From the NCBI GenBank assembly GCA_964607415.1, contig CAZSKK010000001.1, positions 260,190 to 324,189 on the forward strand: a stretch of DNA of 64,000 nt, given 5' to 3'. Below, in pieces: positions 9,320 to 18,499 of the stretch (positions are counted from its first letter, which is position 1; each line of letters begins with the position of its first letter). The stretch comes from an uncultured Candidatus Saccharibacteria bacterium. GTDB lineage: Bacteria > Patescibacteriota > Dojkabacteria > J137. The position numbers were made by a program, and so were the translations under genes. Under the pieces are notes generated by a model. That model had not been told where the DNA came from, made no database searches, and saw only the letters and a program-made list of their open reading frames with translations.

Positions 9320-11824
9320 ATGTCACGACAAAAAAAGATTTTAATTGGAATTCTTATTTTTCTTACTTTAATTCTTGCTGGAGTTTCAATTTACATAACC
9401 TATAAACTGACTCAAGAGGATCAAGCACCTGAGGATACAAGTGCTTCTGTGTTATGTAGTGCCTTTGATAGCTATGACTCATGTTCAAATGTTGGTGAAA
9501 TAAGATGTAACAATGGTAATGAACAAAGATGTACACGATTTTTCTGTCATGCTACCGATACAACTCAAGCTGCAAATGAAAATAGAGTTAGATGGAATAA
9601 CACAGGAAATACTTGTGGTGGGCAAGATGTTGATGATGGGGAAACCACAAATTTAAATTGTAATGGAGTTTCTTGTACTTTAACTCAATCTACTCAGTGT
9701 GCAAATGCAACAGGAACGATGTTTTATTGTCCAGGTGGCCTAGTTAATGGAAGCTGTTTAGAAAATCCAGTGTCAATTGGTACTTTTCAGCCAGGGCAAA
9801 CAGTCGATGTATCACAGTATTTTACAAGAGGTTGTGGGGGTTATCAAATTGATTTTGAAAGACAAGGTGCAGCACCAGGGTCAGCAACTTGTGGAGCTGC
9901 GACTTTTACAAATAATACCTGTTCACCTACAACTCCCCCACTTGATGGTCAGCAATGTACAAACAGTGCTGGATGTCTAATATTTTTGTGTCCTAATGGT
10001 TGTGGAACTGATGGTAGATGTCAAACAGGTGGAAGTGAAGCTGATGAAGGTGCTACTGTAGTGGTAGATCCAACCTGTTCTGGAGTAATTGGTGGAAATG
10101 GTTGTGGTCAAATCGATGAAATGACTGGTACGGACCCATTGAGTGGAACATTTTGTCAGGTTAGAGCAAACACTTGTGTGGATACTTCAACTCAAGTTTG
10201 CCAACCTGGTTGTAACGATATTTGCGCTCCAAATGCAAATAACCAACAAGGTAATTGTGCAACTGGTCAAATTTGTACCGATGTAAATGGAACAAATAGA
10301 TGTAGACTTGCAACAAATCCTACAAGTGCAACTTGCGAACCTCCAACACAACAACAGACAAGGCAAATTAGTTTTCAAGGAAACGTTTATTGTCAGGATG
10401 GTAATGGACCAGTTTATCAGATTCCAGGTGCTGTGGTTACAGCAAACATTCCTGGCCAAGGCCAATTTTATGAACAAACTAATTCAACTGGAGGTTTTCA
10501 GTTTGATAGGCAAAACTTAACTACAACAAATATGACACTACAGAATTTAAGTGTATCTTTGCCAAATGGAACCTTGCCTACAGGACAGTCTATTGCAGCA
10601 TTGGTAGGTCCTACAGCAACTAATTGTTCAACTGGTACTCAAACTGGTTGCACTGCAGGAACAGGAAATTATTGTTCTACTGGATCCGATCAGTACCAAG
10701 CTTGTACATTAAATGCGCCTCAAATTGTTAATCTTTATCAAAACTTTAACTTTAGATTTACAAACTGCAGTCCTCAACCAAATCAATGTATCGATTTAAT
10801 TGAAGGTGGAGAAGATCCAATTGATGCTGGAGTTGGTAATACTGTAAACTACACTTTACAGTATAGGTTTAATCAAGCTACTAATCCATTCCCAAATATT
10901 AGGCTTAGAGTAGGTCCTTCTGGTACACCTGTAGGAAGAGATTTCTATACGCCAGCAAATGTACTTGTTGCACCAGCAGTAATTTCAAACAATCCTTCCT
11001 ATAATCCTTCAACAGGTATATGGACTTACATATTTACTTGGGAATCTGCTGAAGTAGGTGGTGCTGATGTTGCAGATGGAACGTATGATGTAAGAGTTCT
11101 AACAGATGGTACAGGAGCAAGCGAGGTAACAACCCCTGTTGGTTGTTTGGAAACAATTACCATCACCAATGGAACAACCCAACAGCCAAACTTTCAGGTA
11201 GTTAAAGCTTCTACAAGTGTTTGTGAAGCAGATGGAGATGCTGCAATTAGTTATACTATTACCGTTACTAATATTGGACCAGTAACGGGCGTTATTGATT
11301 TTGTTGAAGACACATTAGATTCTACAGCAATCGCTTTGAACATACTTCCTACAAACATTAATCCTTCCTATGGAAGTTATTCTAATGGAAGAATTACTTG
11401 GATAGGCACTGTAGGGGATAGAACTTATACAGCTGGCCAATCTAGGAATTTTACTTACAGTTTAACTGTGCCAAGAAACAACTTGATTAGCTTTTTAAAT
11501 GGAGTTGACAATCAAGTTGAGGTTGAATTTACTACAACATCAACAAATACAAGAGTCTTCACGCTAACAACAATGTTAACTTGCTCTCTTCCTCCAATTC
11601 CATCAACAGCATTTGGAGATGATGGAGGTAGATATTTACTAATCGGTGGCATGCTAATGGTTATTGCTTTACTAATTTTCAAATTTAGATTGGGTGCTGG
11701 ATATGTAGACAAGTTAATGAATGAAGGCTTAGAATATACTTCAGAAAAGATTACTTCTTCTATGCCTTTTGAAAAAGGAATAGAAAAAAGATTAAAAAGA
11801 AAAACAGGCAAAAAGTCATACTGA
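9320..11824 (+). CDS. Large Cys-rich surface protein with DUF11-like domain and C-terminal IPSTA-TM anchor
   Basis: N-terminal TM, many Cys, ISYTITVTNIG (DUF11-like), then IPSTA, a hydrophobic helix and a basic tail. Confidence 0.75.
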   Translation: MSRQKKILIGILIFLTLILAGVSIYITYKLTQEDQAPEDTSASVLCSAFDSYDSCSNVGEIRCNNGNEQRCTRFFCHATDTTQAANENRVRWNNTGNTCGGQDVDDGETTNLNCNGVSCTLTQSTQCANATGTMFYCPGGLVNGSCLENPVSIGTFQPGQTVDVSQYFTRGCGGYQIDFERQGAAPGSATCGAATFTNNTCSPTTPPLDGQQCTNSAGCLIFLCPNGCGTDGRCQTGGSEADEGATVVVDPTCSGVIGGNGCGQIDEMTGTDPLSGTFCQVRANTCVDTSTQVCQPGCNDICAPNANNQQGNCATGQICTDVNGTNRCRLATNPTSATCEPPTQQQTRQISFQGNVYCQDGNGPVYQIPGAVVTANIPGQGQFYEQTNSTGGFQFDRQNLTTTNMTLQNLSVSLPNGTLPTGQSIAALVGPTATNCSTGTQTGCTAGTGNYCSTGSDQYQACTLNAPQIVNLYQNFNFRFTNCSPQPNQCIDLIEGGEDPIDAGVGNTVNYTLQYRFNQATNPFPNIRLRVGPSGTPVGRDFYTPANVLVAPAVISNNPSYNPSTGIWTYIFTWESAEVGGADVADGTYDVRVLTDGTGASEVTTPVGCLETITITNGTTQQPNFQVVKASTSVCEADGDAAISYTITVTNIGPVTGVIDFVEDTLDSTAIALNILPTNINPSYGSYSNGRITWIGTVGDRTYTAGQSRNFTYSLTVPRNNLISFLNGVDNQVEVEFTTTSTNTRVFTLTTMLTCSLPPIPSTAFGDDGGRYLLIGGMLMVIALLIFKFRLGAGYVDKLMNEGLEYTSEKITSSMPFEKGIEKRLKRKTGKKSY

Positions 11825-11880
11825 TAAAAATTGTTAAAGTTGACATAGTTAGGTTACTTAAATCTTTTAATATAACTTTT

Positions 11881-12183
11881 ATGAAAACACTAAAAATTTT
11901 AATAACATTATTTTTATTTATAAGCTTAATTTTACCGTTTTCAGTTTTTGCCGAAGGAACAGGTGATCCAAATGCAGACCCAAACCAATTGCCTGAAGTT
12001 GTACAAGAAGGTGGAATTACCACAGAGGAATCGGAACAAATTCAAGAAGAAGCTCAAAATGAATCTAGCGAATCTACAAAAGATGATACAGAAACTTTTT
12101 TAACAGGAATTGGTGTGGGTGCTTCTCTTGGTTTGATCGTTGGAGGTGTTTTTGCCTGGGTTCTTAAAGATAAAATTCTTTAA
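11881..12183 (+). CDS. Small membrane-anchored acidic protein
   Basis: Signal peptide, acidic linker and C-terminal TM. Confidence 0.7.
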   Translation: MKTLKILITLFLFISLILPFSVFAEGTGDPNADPNQLPEVVQEGGITTEESEQIQEEAQNESSESTKDDTETFLTGIGVGASLGLIVGGVFAWVLKDKIL

Positions 12184-12194
12184 ACCTAATTAAA

Positions 12195-12479
12195 ATGTCT
12201 GATCTACTTTTCACCCTTGTTTTAAAAAATATTGCGTTGCCAATAGTTTTCTTTTTGATTTTAAAATCATCAATATTAGATGATGAAAATTCTTTTCTGG
12301 CTGTAGTTTTAACCTTAACTATCGTAAATATTATTCAAGTACTCCTTCAGTCCATTAGGATTCTTACCAATTCAATGATGATGAAAGGACGAAAAGTCAC
12401 AAGACTTTTAATTGCCATAGTTATTGAACTGGTAAGTGTATTAGGTTTTTGGTATTATTACCTTGCTAAATTTAATTAA
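12195..12479 (+). CDS. Small membrane protein
   Basis: Three hydrophobic segments, operon-like spacing. Confidence 0.65.
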   Translation: MSDLLFTLVLKNIALPIVFFLILKSSILDDENSFLAVVLTLTIVNIIQVLLQSIRILTNSMMMKGRKVTRLLIAIVIELVSVLGFWYYYLAKFN

Positions 12480-12489
12480 TAATTAAACC

Positions 12490-13506
12490 ATGAAAACAAT
12501 TTATATTTCTGACTTACAAAAAAATCAAATTATTACAAATGAAGCATTTGTAATTGCTGAAGCAAAACGAATGGAGGATAAAAATGGAAAAACTTACTTT
12601 AATGTAACCTTAGCTGATAAAACAGGCAAAATTGAAGGCAAAATTTGGAGCGATAGCTTAGGGTCAATTGAAGTTAAAGCGATAAAAGAAGATAAAGTTG
12701 TACAAATAAGTGCAAAAGTTGATGAATATAAGGGCAAAATGCAGTTAAATGTTATGAGCTTAAATTCAGTTGATGAATCTTCATTAGAAGAATTCTTGGA
12801 ATCAAGTGAATTTAATGCCGATGAGATGTTTAAAGAAATAGAATCTGAAATTGAGAATATTAAAAATGTAAAAATAAAAAAGATGCTAAAAACAGTTATA
12901 TCTGATTCTGAGATAGGAAGAAGATTTAAGTATTGGCCCGCAGCTTCTAGCGTTCATCATGATTTTAGATCGGGACTGCTTCAGCACGTATTAGAAATGT
13001 TGAGTATCAGTAAGGGATTAATTCGATTTTACCCTGAAGTTAATTATGATATTTTAACGGCTGGAATTATAATGCATGATATTGGTAAAGTGTACGAATT
13101 GGATGCGCAAGGCATTACTGCAAGATATACAACAATTGGCTCTTTAATTGGACATATCCCTATTGGATTACAAATACTTGATAGATTTGGCAAGGATGTG
13201 TTGGATAAAAATGATTATTTCCATATTGCTCATTTGATTTTATCTCATCATGGTAGTAAAGATTTAGGCAGCCCTGTAGTTCCATCCACAGTTGAAGCTA
13301 TAATGCTCTCCAATATTGATCTTCTTTCATCTAAAGCTAGAACTGCTCAAAAAGCAACCGATTCTATTACTCAAGGAAATGAGTTTAGTGGGTTTAATCA
13401 ATGGCTTAATGGAACAAGATTATGGAAACAAGAAAATGCAGAATCCGAAATTGATGATAAAGATTTAGTAAATGATGATACTGGTGATCAACTTAGCTTA
13501 GGATAA
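12490..13506 (+). CDS. yhaM: YhaM-like 3'-5' exoribonuclease (OB fold plus HD domain)
   Basis: LADKTGKIEGKIW OB fold, PAASSVHH, GLLQH, HDIGK and LSHHG. Confidence 0.85.
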   Translation: MKTIYISDLQKNQIITNEAFVIAEAKRMEDKNGKTYFNVTLADKTGKIEGKIWSDSLGSIEVKAIKEDKVVQISAKVDEYKGKMQLNVMSLNSVDESSLEEFLESSEFNADEMFKEIESEIENIKNVKIKKMLKTVISDSEIGRRFKYWPAASSVHHDFRSGLLQHVLEMLSISKGLIRFYPEVNYDILTAGIIMHDIGKVYELDAQGITARYTTIGSLIGHIPIGLQILDRFGKDVLDKNDYFHIAHLILSHHGSKDLGSPVVPSTVEAIMLSNIDLLSSKARTAQKATDSITQGNEFSGFNQWLNGTRLWKQENAESEIDDKDLVNDDTGDQLSLG

Positions 13507-13515
13507 TTTATAACT

Positions 13516-14100
13516 ATGAGACTTTTTGTTGCGATATTCCCACCCAAAGAACACCTTGATTATTATAGAGATGTATTAAGAGTATTCAGCAAGCAAAAAA
13601 GAAATTTAAGACCTATTCCTGTTGATCAAACACATTTAACACTTAAATTCATTGGCAGTAATGTAAGTGAAGAGTCTAAAAATTTGATTGCTGAGCAATT
13701 ACTTGCATGGCAAGGTTCCTACCCAAAGCCAGAAATTAAAGTAAAGGCAATTAAGTTTGGCTTTGCTAATCAATCTTCACCAAGGCACCTGATTGCAGCA
13801 ATTGAAAGAAATAACGAATTAGATGAGCTTGGCAAAATGGTTCACGATGCAGTTAAAGCTCAAAAACAACGAGATACAATTAGGTGGAAAACTAAGTACT
13901 CCAGGAGTTATCATATAACCTTGGCCAAGCTAAAAGATACTGCAACAAATAGCTCTGGAAAACTTATTACTTCAAATATCAAGAATATTAAAATTCAACC
14001 ACCAAAGGCTTTTGTTCCTGATGAAATGTTTTTAATAGAAAGCTTAACTTCCAGAAGCGGAACTCCAATTTATAGAAGAATTGAAAGAATCAAGTTGTAA
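13516..14100 (+). CDS. thpR: RNA 2',3'-cyclic phosphodiesterase (2H family)
   Basis: MRLFVAI start, HLTLKFIG and HITLAK 2H motifs. Confidence 0.85.
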   Translation: MRLFVAIFPPKEHLDYYRDVLRVFSKQKRNLRPIPVDQTHLTLKFIGSNVSEESKNLIAEQLLAWQGSYPKPEIKVKAIKFGFANQSSPRHLIAAIERNNELDELGKMVHDAVKAQKQRDTIRWKTKYSRSYHITLAKLKDTATNSSGKLITSNIKNIKIQPPKAFVPDEMFLIESLTSRSGTPIYRRIERIKL

Positions 14101-14164
14101 TTTTCAAATATCAATTTAAAGAGTTTTCAAAATGAACTGAAAATTGATACTTGTAAATTGAAAA

Positions 14165-14461
14165 TTACTTTTCAATCATCTTACTCGTTTTTATATATCC
14201 TAACTTCTCTCTTCCTTGGGTTGCATTTTTTAAAGCGTCTTTGCGTTCTAATCCTTTTGTTACAACATCTTCTTTTAAAACCTGTCCCTTATAGTCGTTC
14301 ATATTATGCTCAAACTCAATATCAGACACATCACATTCATTAACTTGAGAAACGTAATCTAAAATGCTATTAAATTCTTTTTCAAATTTATCAAGCTCCG
14401 TATCGCTAAATTGAAGCTTTGAAAGCTTAGCTATGTGTTTTATTTCGTCTTTTGTTACCAT
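14165..14461 (-). CDS. gatC: Asp/Glu-tRNA amidotransferase subunit C
   Basis: EIKHIAKLSKL...ILDYV and ALKNA pattern, 98 aa. Confidence 0.85.
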   Translation of the reverse strand: MVTKDEIKHIAKLSKLQFSDTELDKFEKEFNSILDYVSQVNECDVSDIEFEHNMNDYKGQVLKEDVVTKGLERKDALKNATQGREKLGYIKTSKMIEK

Positions 14462-14647
14462 AAAGAAAAGAATAATGATTTAAGAATAGTGACCTGCTAT
14501 CAGACTAGAGAAGTTAATTGGTTAGTTTGTTAACAGTTAATTAGTGAATTGAATAAATTAACATTTTACTAATTAACACTTAACTGCTCAAACCTCTAAC
14601 CTGAATTGCTGCTGTCTTACTCTCTACCTCTCTTACGCTCTAAACCT

Positions 14648-16015
14648 CTACAGCTCTATTTCCTCTTTCCAATCAGGAATATAACAATTATCAAATCCAA
14701 ATTTAGCTTTTATTTGTGATTTTAATGCCTCAGCCCTCTCCACTTCAGCATGAACTAAAAATATTCTACTTGTTTTTTCACCAAAAAAGCTGCCTAACCA
14801 TTTTAAATAATCGCTAGAATCTCCATGCGCGGAAAAGCCTTGTAGGTGATGAATCGAAGCATTTACTTTAACGTTAGTTCCACCAATATTAACAACTTTT
14901 GACCCTTCTACAAGTTCTCTACCAAGTGTTCCTTCTGCCTGAAAACCTACAAAAGCTACAGAGTTTTTATTATTTGTGAGTGCTGTCGCCAAGTGCTCCA
15001 TAATTCTACCACCATCAGCCATTCCACTTCCTGCCATAACAACAATTCCTGCTTTTTTAGAAAGCTTTAATGACTGCTTATGCTTTCTTACATATGTTAG
15101 GTTATCAAAATCAAAAAGATTCTTTTCGGTATTTTGAAGCGAGGTCATATAGATTGCAGTGATTCTTTGAGCTAATGGACTATCCAAGTAGAAAGGAATA
15201 TCATTATCTAGTTTTCCATTTTCTTTTGCTTCTCTAAAATCGTTAATAAGGGTTTGAGCCCTTTGCAACGCAAAACAAGGTATAAAAACAGATCCTCCTT
15301 TTGAAATTGTAGTCTTAATAATATCAATTAATGCAGCTACACCCTCATCTTCACTTGGGTGAATTTGTCCTCCATAAAGAGACTCCATTAAAACAATGTC
15401 TGCTTCATATTTATAGTTTGGGTCAAAGCTTTCAATTAATTTATCATTTTCACGGCCTATATCCCCAGAAAACAAGAGTTTTTTTATTTTTCCATCATCT
15501 TCAATTTCAACTTGAATAGAGGCAGCTCCAAGCACATGCCCTGCTCTAATATATTTAATTTTTATACCTTCTACAGGACTAAACTCTTCATTAAAGCTTA
15601 CCGAACGAAATTGTGAAATGGTATTCATTGCATCATCAGTATTATAAACAAGTGCGACTTTTTTAGTAAATTTGCCATAAAACATTCCTCTTTCAAAATT
15701 ACTCTCCTGAATTTTTGCTGAATCAAGTAAAAGTTCAGTACTAATTGAAATTGTATGGTTTGTTGCAAAAATTTCACCCTTAAAGCCATGTTTTACAAGT
15801 TTAGGTAACATTCCCGAATGATCAATATGTGCGTGAGTTAAAAGTGCAAAAGAAACTTCTTCTGGGTTATAAGTAAAATCTTCAAGGTTTCTAGATTCGA
15901 CGTCCGGGCCTTGAAACATTCCACAATCAACAACAAAATTTCCATGTTTAGTTTCTACATAATAATTTGAACCTGTAACTGTATGCGCAGCCCCGCAAAA
16001 TTTAATTTTAATCAT
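14648..16015 (-). CDS. Metallo-beta-lactamase/beta-CASP ribonuclease
   Basis: THAHIDH, AGHVLG, FSGD, MESLYG, FSAHGD and LVHAE. CAT at 16013-16015 and CTA at 14648 show the minus strand, so the ORF track label + is wrong. Confidence 0.9.
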   Translation of the reverse strand: MIKIKFCGAAHTVTGSNYYVETKHGNFVVDCGMFQGPDVESRNLEDFTYNPEEVSFALLTHAHIDHSGMLPKLVKHGFKGEIFATNHTISISTELLLDSAKIQESNFERGMFYGKFTKKVALVYNTDDAMNTISQFRSVSFNEEFSPVEGIKIKYIRAGHVLGAASIQVEIEDDGKIKKLLFSGDIGRENDKLIESFDPNYKYEADIVLMESLYGGQIHPSEDEGVAALIDIIKTTISKGGSVFIPCFALQRAQTLINDFREAKENGKLDNDIPFYLDSPLAQRITAIYMTSLQNTEKNLFDFDNLTYVRKHKQSLKLSKKAGIVVMAGSGMADGGRIMEHLATALTNNKNSVAFVGFQAEGTLGRELVEGSKVVNIGGTNVKVNASIHHLQGFSAHGDSSDYLKWLGSFFGEKTSRIFLVHAEVERAEALKSQIKAKFGFDNCYIPDWKEEIEL

Positions 16016-16089
16016 GATTTTAGTTAAAAAAAAGTAATCACATTATGATAGCAAAAAACAGGTCTGGTTAGTAGGTAAACATGAATGCT

Positions 16090-16206
16090 TTCCTCTTCTT
16101 TGAGGGGAGGTTAGGGTGTGTGTTCATGCAGTACAAATTTTCCCATCATTTATAAATGCACACCTCAAACAGCATAAAATGCTGTTTATCCCTCTCTAGA
16201 GGGGTG
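16090..16206. repeat. Degenerate family-B (CCCCTC/GAGGGG) palindromic element pair
   Basis: TCCTCTTCTTTGAGGGGAGGTTAGGGTGTG ... CACACCTC...CCCTCTCTAGAGGGG. Confidence 0.55.
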
Positions 16207-16226
16207 AATACTGTTATAATTGTTTT

Positions 16227-16559
16227 ATGTTTAAATCACACTTACGATTAAATCCAAAAGAAATTCCTGTGATTGCAAAGAAGGGTAAACGCTACTCAAG
16301 TGAGCTTCTGGATATAAAAATATGGTTTGATTCAAATCTTGAAAATTCACAATTTGCTATTAGCATTTCAACAAAGATTGATAAACGAGCAGTTGTTAGG
16401 AATAAAATTAAGCGAAAATTAAGAGTTGCAATACATGAATTAGAAAAAGAAAATTATTTTAAAAAAGGGAAATATCTAATCATTGTAAGAAGCGATAAGT
16501 TGAAGGAGGCTAAGAATGAGGAGTTGACGACTGCAATCAAAACAATTTTATCATTCTGA
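16227..16559 (+). CDS. rnpA: Ribonuclease P protein component
   Basis: KRAVVRNKIKRKLR (RNR-like motif), 110 aa. Confidence 0.85.
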   Translation: MFKSHLRLNPKEIPVIAKKGKRYSSELLDIKIWFDSNLENSQFAISISTKIDKRAVVRNKIKRKLRVAIHELEKENYFKKGKYLIIVRSDKLKEAKNEELTTAIKTILSF

Positions 16560-16626
16560 AGAAAATCGAAGAATTGATAAAAATTGTCTTCTGCGTCATC
16601 TTTCGAGTTCCCCCAAGATGACACAG
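16551..16626. repeat. Degenerate inverted pair of family-A repeats (REPIN-like)
   Basis: TCATTCTGAAGAAAATCGAAGAATTGA on + and TGTGTCATCTTGGGGGAACTCGAAAGATGAC on -, between convergent genes. Confidence 0.6.
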
Positions 16627-16633
16627 TTACTAC

Positions 16634-18424
16634 TTATCCAACATCCGGCTTATACGAAAGGTTTCCGCCCAAAAGAGTCCTAATATCTTTAATGTTGTGT
16701 TTAGCCATTGCCCATCTATCAAGGCCTAATCCAAAGGCATAACCTTGCCACTTGTTTGAATCAATTCCAGCCATTTGCAGAACTTTTGGATGAATAATTC
16801 CAGCACCACCCATTTCCAGCCAACCTCTGCCTTTACAAAGTGGACAACCTACCCCATGACAATTGAAGCACTGCATATCCGGACCAACACCCGGCTCAAC
16901 TTCTGGATAATATTTATTTCTATATCTTGTTACAACATCTTCACCAAGATAAGTTTTAAACAAATGCTCAATTGTAGAAATTAATTCGGCAAGGCTTACT
17001 TTTTCTTTTACAACAACAAGTTGATACTGGTGAAAAGTAAAGTGATTGCTTCTGTTAACCTTTTCGTTTCGGTAAACTCTTCCAGGCATTACTACTTTGT
17101 ATGGTGGTTCAAAAGTTTCTAAAACTCTAGCCTCAATAGAAGAAGTTTGTGTTCTTAATAAAATATTTGGTTCTTCAATAAAAATACTATCCTGTAGATC
17201 TCTAGCTGGATGGTCTAAAGGCAAATTTAATCTCTGAAAACAATATTCATCAGTTTCAATTTCAGGTCCATCCATAATGCTATAGCCTAATCTATTGAAG
17301 ATTTCATTTAACTCATTTATTGTTTGAGTTAATGGATGTATATGGCCAATTTTAGGTTTATTAAAATTTAACTGCTTCTGATCTTGAAGTAAATAAGACT
17401 TATCCTTTGATTGAAGTAAGGTTTTTTTAGCATCATTAATTTCAGCATCAATAATTGTTTTAACTTGGTTAACTTCTGCTCCATAAATTTTTCTCTTTTG
17501 TGGATCGATTTGGCTAATTTTAGACAAAGCTTCTTTTAGCACACCATCTTTACCTAAATAAGATCTCCAAAGATTTGTTAGTTCTTCTTCAGTTTTTAGT
17601 AAGCTAAGTTTTTCTTTTGCTTCAGCAATCAACGTTTTTAGTGAATCATTTGTAATTTCAACGCTTGAGCTCTTATCACTACTTGAATCTTGAATCTTAA
17701 TTCCTGAATCTATTAAGTAACTTATGGTAGTTTCATTATTTACACTTACAATATCACTAATTATTATATTTCCCACTTCAGACGTAGATTTGACGATTGT
17801 TCCTCCGTCAGCAACAGATCCAATGCCTTCAAGAGTTAACATTCTTAAAGGTTTGTTTTCAGGCAGATTTGGTTGAAGATAAATTGCTGTTTGTTTTAAC
17901 TCTTCTAAAGAAACCATTTTCCAGCTAAAGTGCATATTTTTATTAATAATTTCGTTTACTTTATCTTGAATTTTTTCTTTTACATCTGAAGGCACAATAC
18001 CTTTGTAAGTTATAAAAGGCTTTTTACCATGATCTCCTTTTTGAGGAGATAATGTATTTGGAGATAGCCCCAGCATAAAAACAGCAAAATCAATTATATG
18101 ACCTGCTGAGTGAATTTGCATATGTTTAAAACGTCTGTCCCAGTTTATGCTAGCCGTTACAACCTTACCAACCAAATCAGTCTTTTCAGTTTTAACATAA
18201 TGGCCGATTTCACCATCTTTAACTAAAACTTGATACACATCCAATTTTGTTCCATCATCTAAACTTAGTATTCCTTGATCTGTAGGTTGACCCCCTCCCA
18301 TTGGATAAAACACTGTTTTATCCAAAATGATTTTAGCTGCATCGCCTTCAGGAATTACTTCAAGAATTTTTGCTTTGGTTTCTTTTAAATATGGATCAAG
18401 TAGGTATAGTTGTTCTGTTTTCAT
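16634..18424 (-). CDS. pheS: Fusion of an AlaX-like editing domain and phenylalanyl-tRNA synthetase alpha subunit
   Basis: N-terminus has TVFYPMGGGQPTD, HSAGH and ADGGT. C-terminus has GHIHP, HPARD, LRTQTS, PGRVYR, FHQ, a CxxCxxxGCxxC Zn motif and AFGLGLDR. ATG 18424 preferred. Confidence 0.85.
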   Translation of the reverse strand: MKTEQLYLLDPYLKETKAKILEVIPEGDAAKIILDKTVFYPMGGGQPTDQGILSLDDGTKLDVYQVLVKDGEIGHYVKTEKTDLVGKVVTASINWDRRFKHMQIHSAGHIIDFAVFMLGLSPNTLSPQKGDHGKKPFITYKGIVPSDVKEKIQDKVNEIINKNMHFSWKMVSLEELKQTAIYLQPNLPENKPLRMLTLEGIGSVADGGTIVKSTSEVGNIIISDIVSVNNETTISYLIDSGIKIQDSSSDKSSSVEITNDSLKTLIAEAKEKLSLLKTEEELTNLWRSYLGKDGVLKEALSKISQIDPQKRKIYGAEVNQVKTIIDAEINDAKKTLLQSKDKSYLLQDQKQLNFNKPKIGHIHPLTQTINELNEIFNRLGYSIMDGPEIETDEYCFQRLNLPLDHPARDLQDSIFIEEPNILLRTQTSSIEARVLETFEPPYKVVMPGRVYRNEKVNRSNHFTFHQYQLVVVKEKVSLAELISTIEHLFKTYLGEDVVTRYRNKYYPEVEPGVGPDMQCFNCHGVGCPLCKGRGWLEMGGAGIIHPKVLQMAGIDSNKWQGYAFGLGLDRWAMAKHNIKDIRTLLGGNLSYKPDVG

Positions 18425-18499
18425 TTGCTTTGAATTTGTACCTATTAACATTAAACTAATACTGATCTTACCAAAAACTAAGTGTTTTTGTAAGCCTGA

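Noticed and set aside
14648-16015. ORF track lists this gene on the + strand
   Set aside because: The given protein is the reverse complement (CAT at 16013-16015), so it is reported as minus strand.
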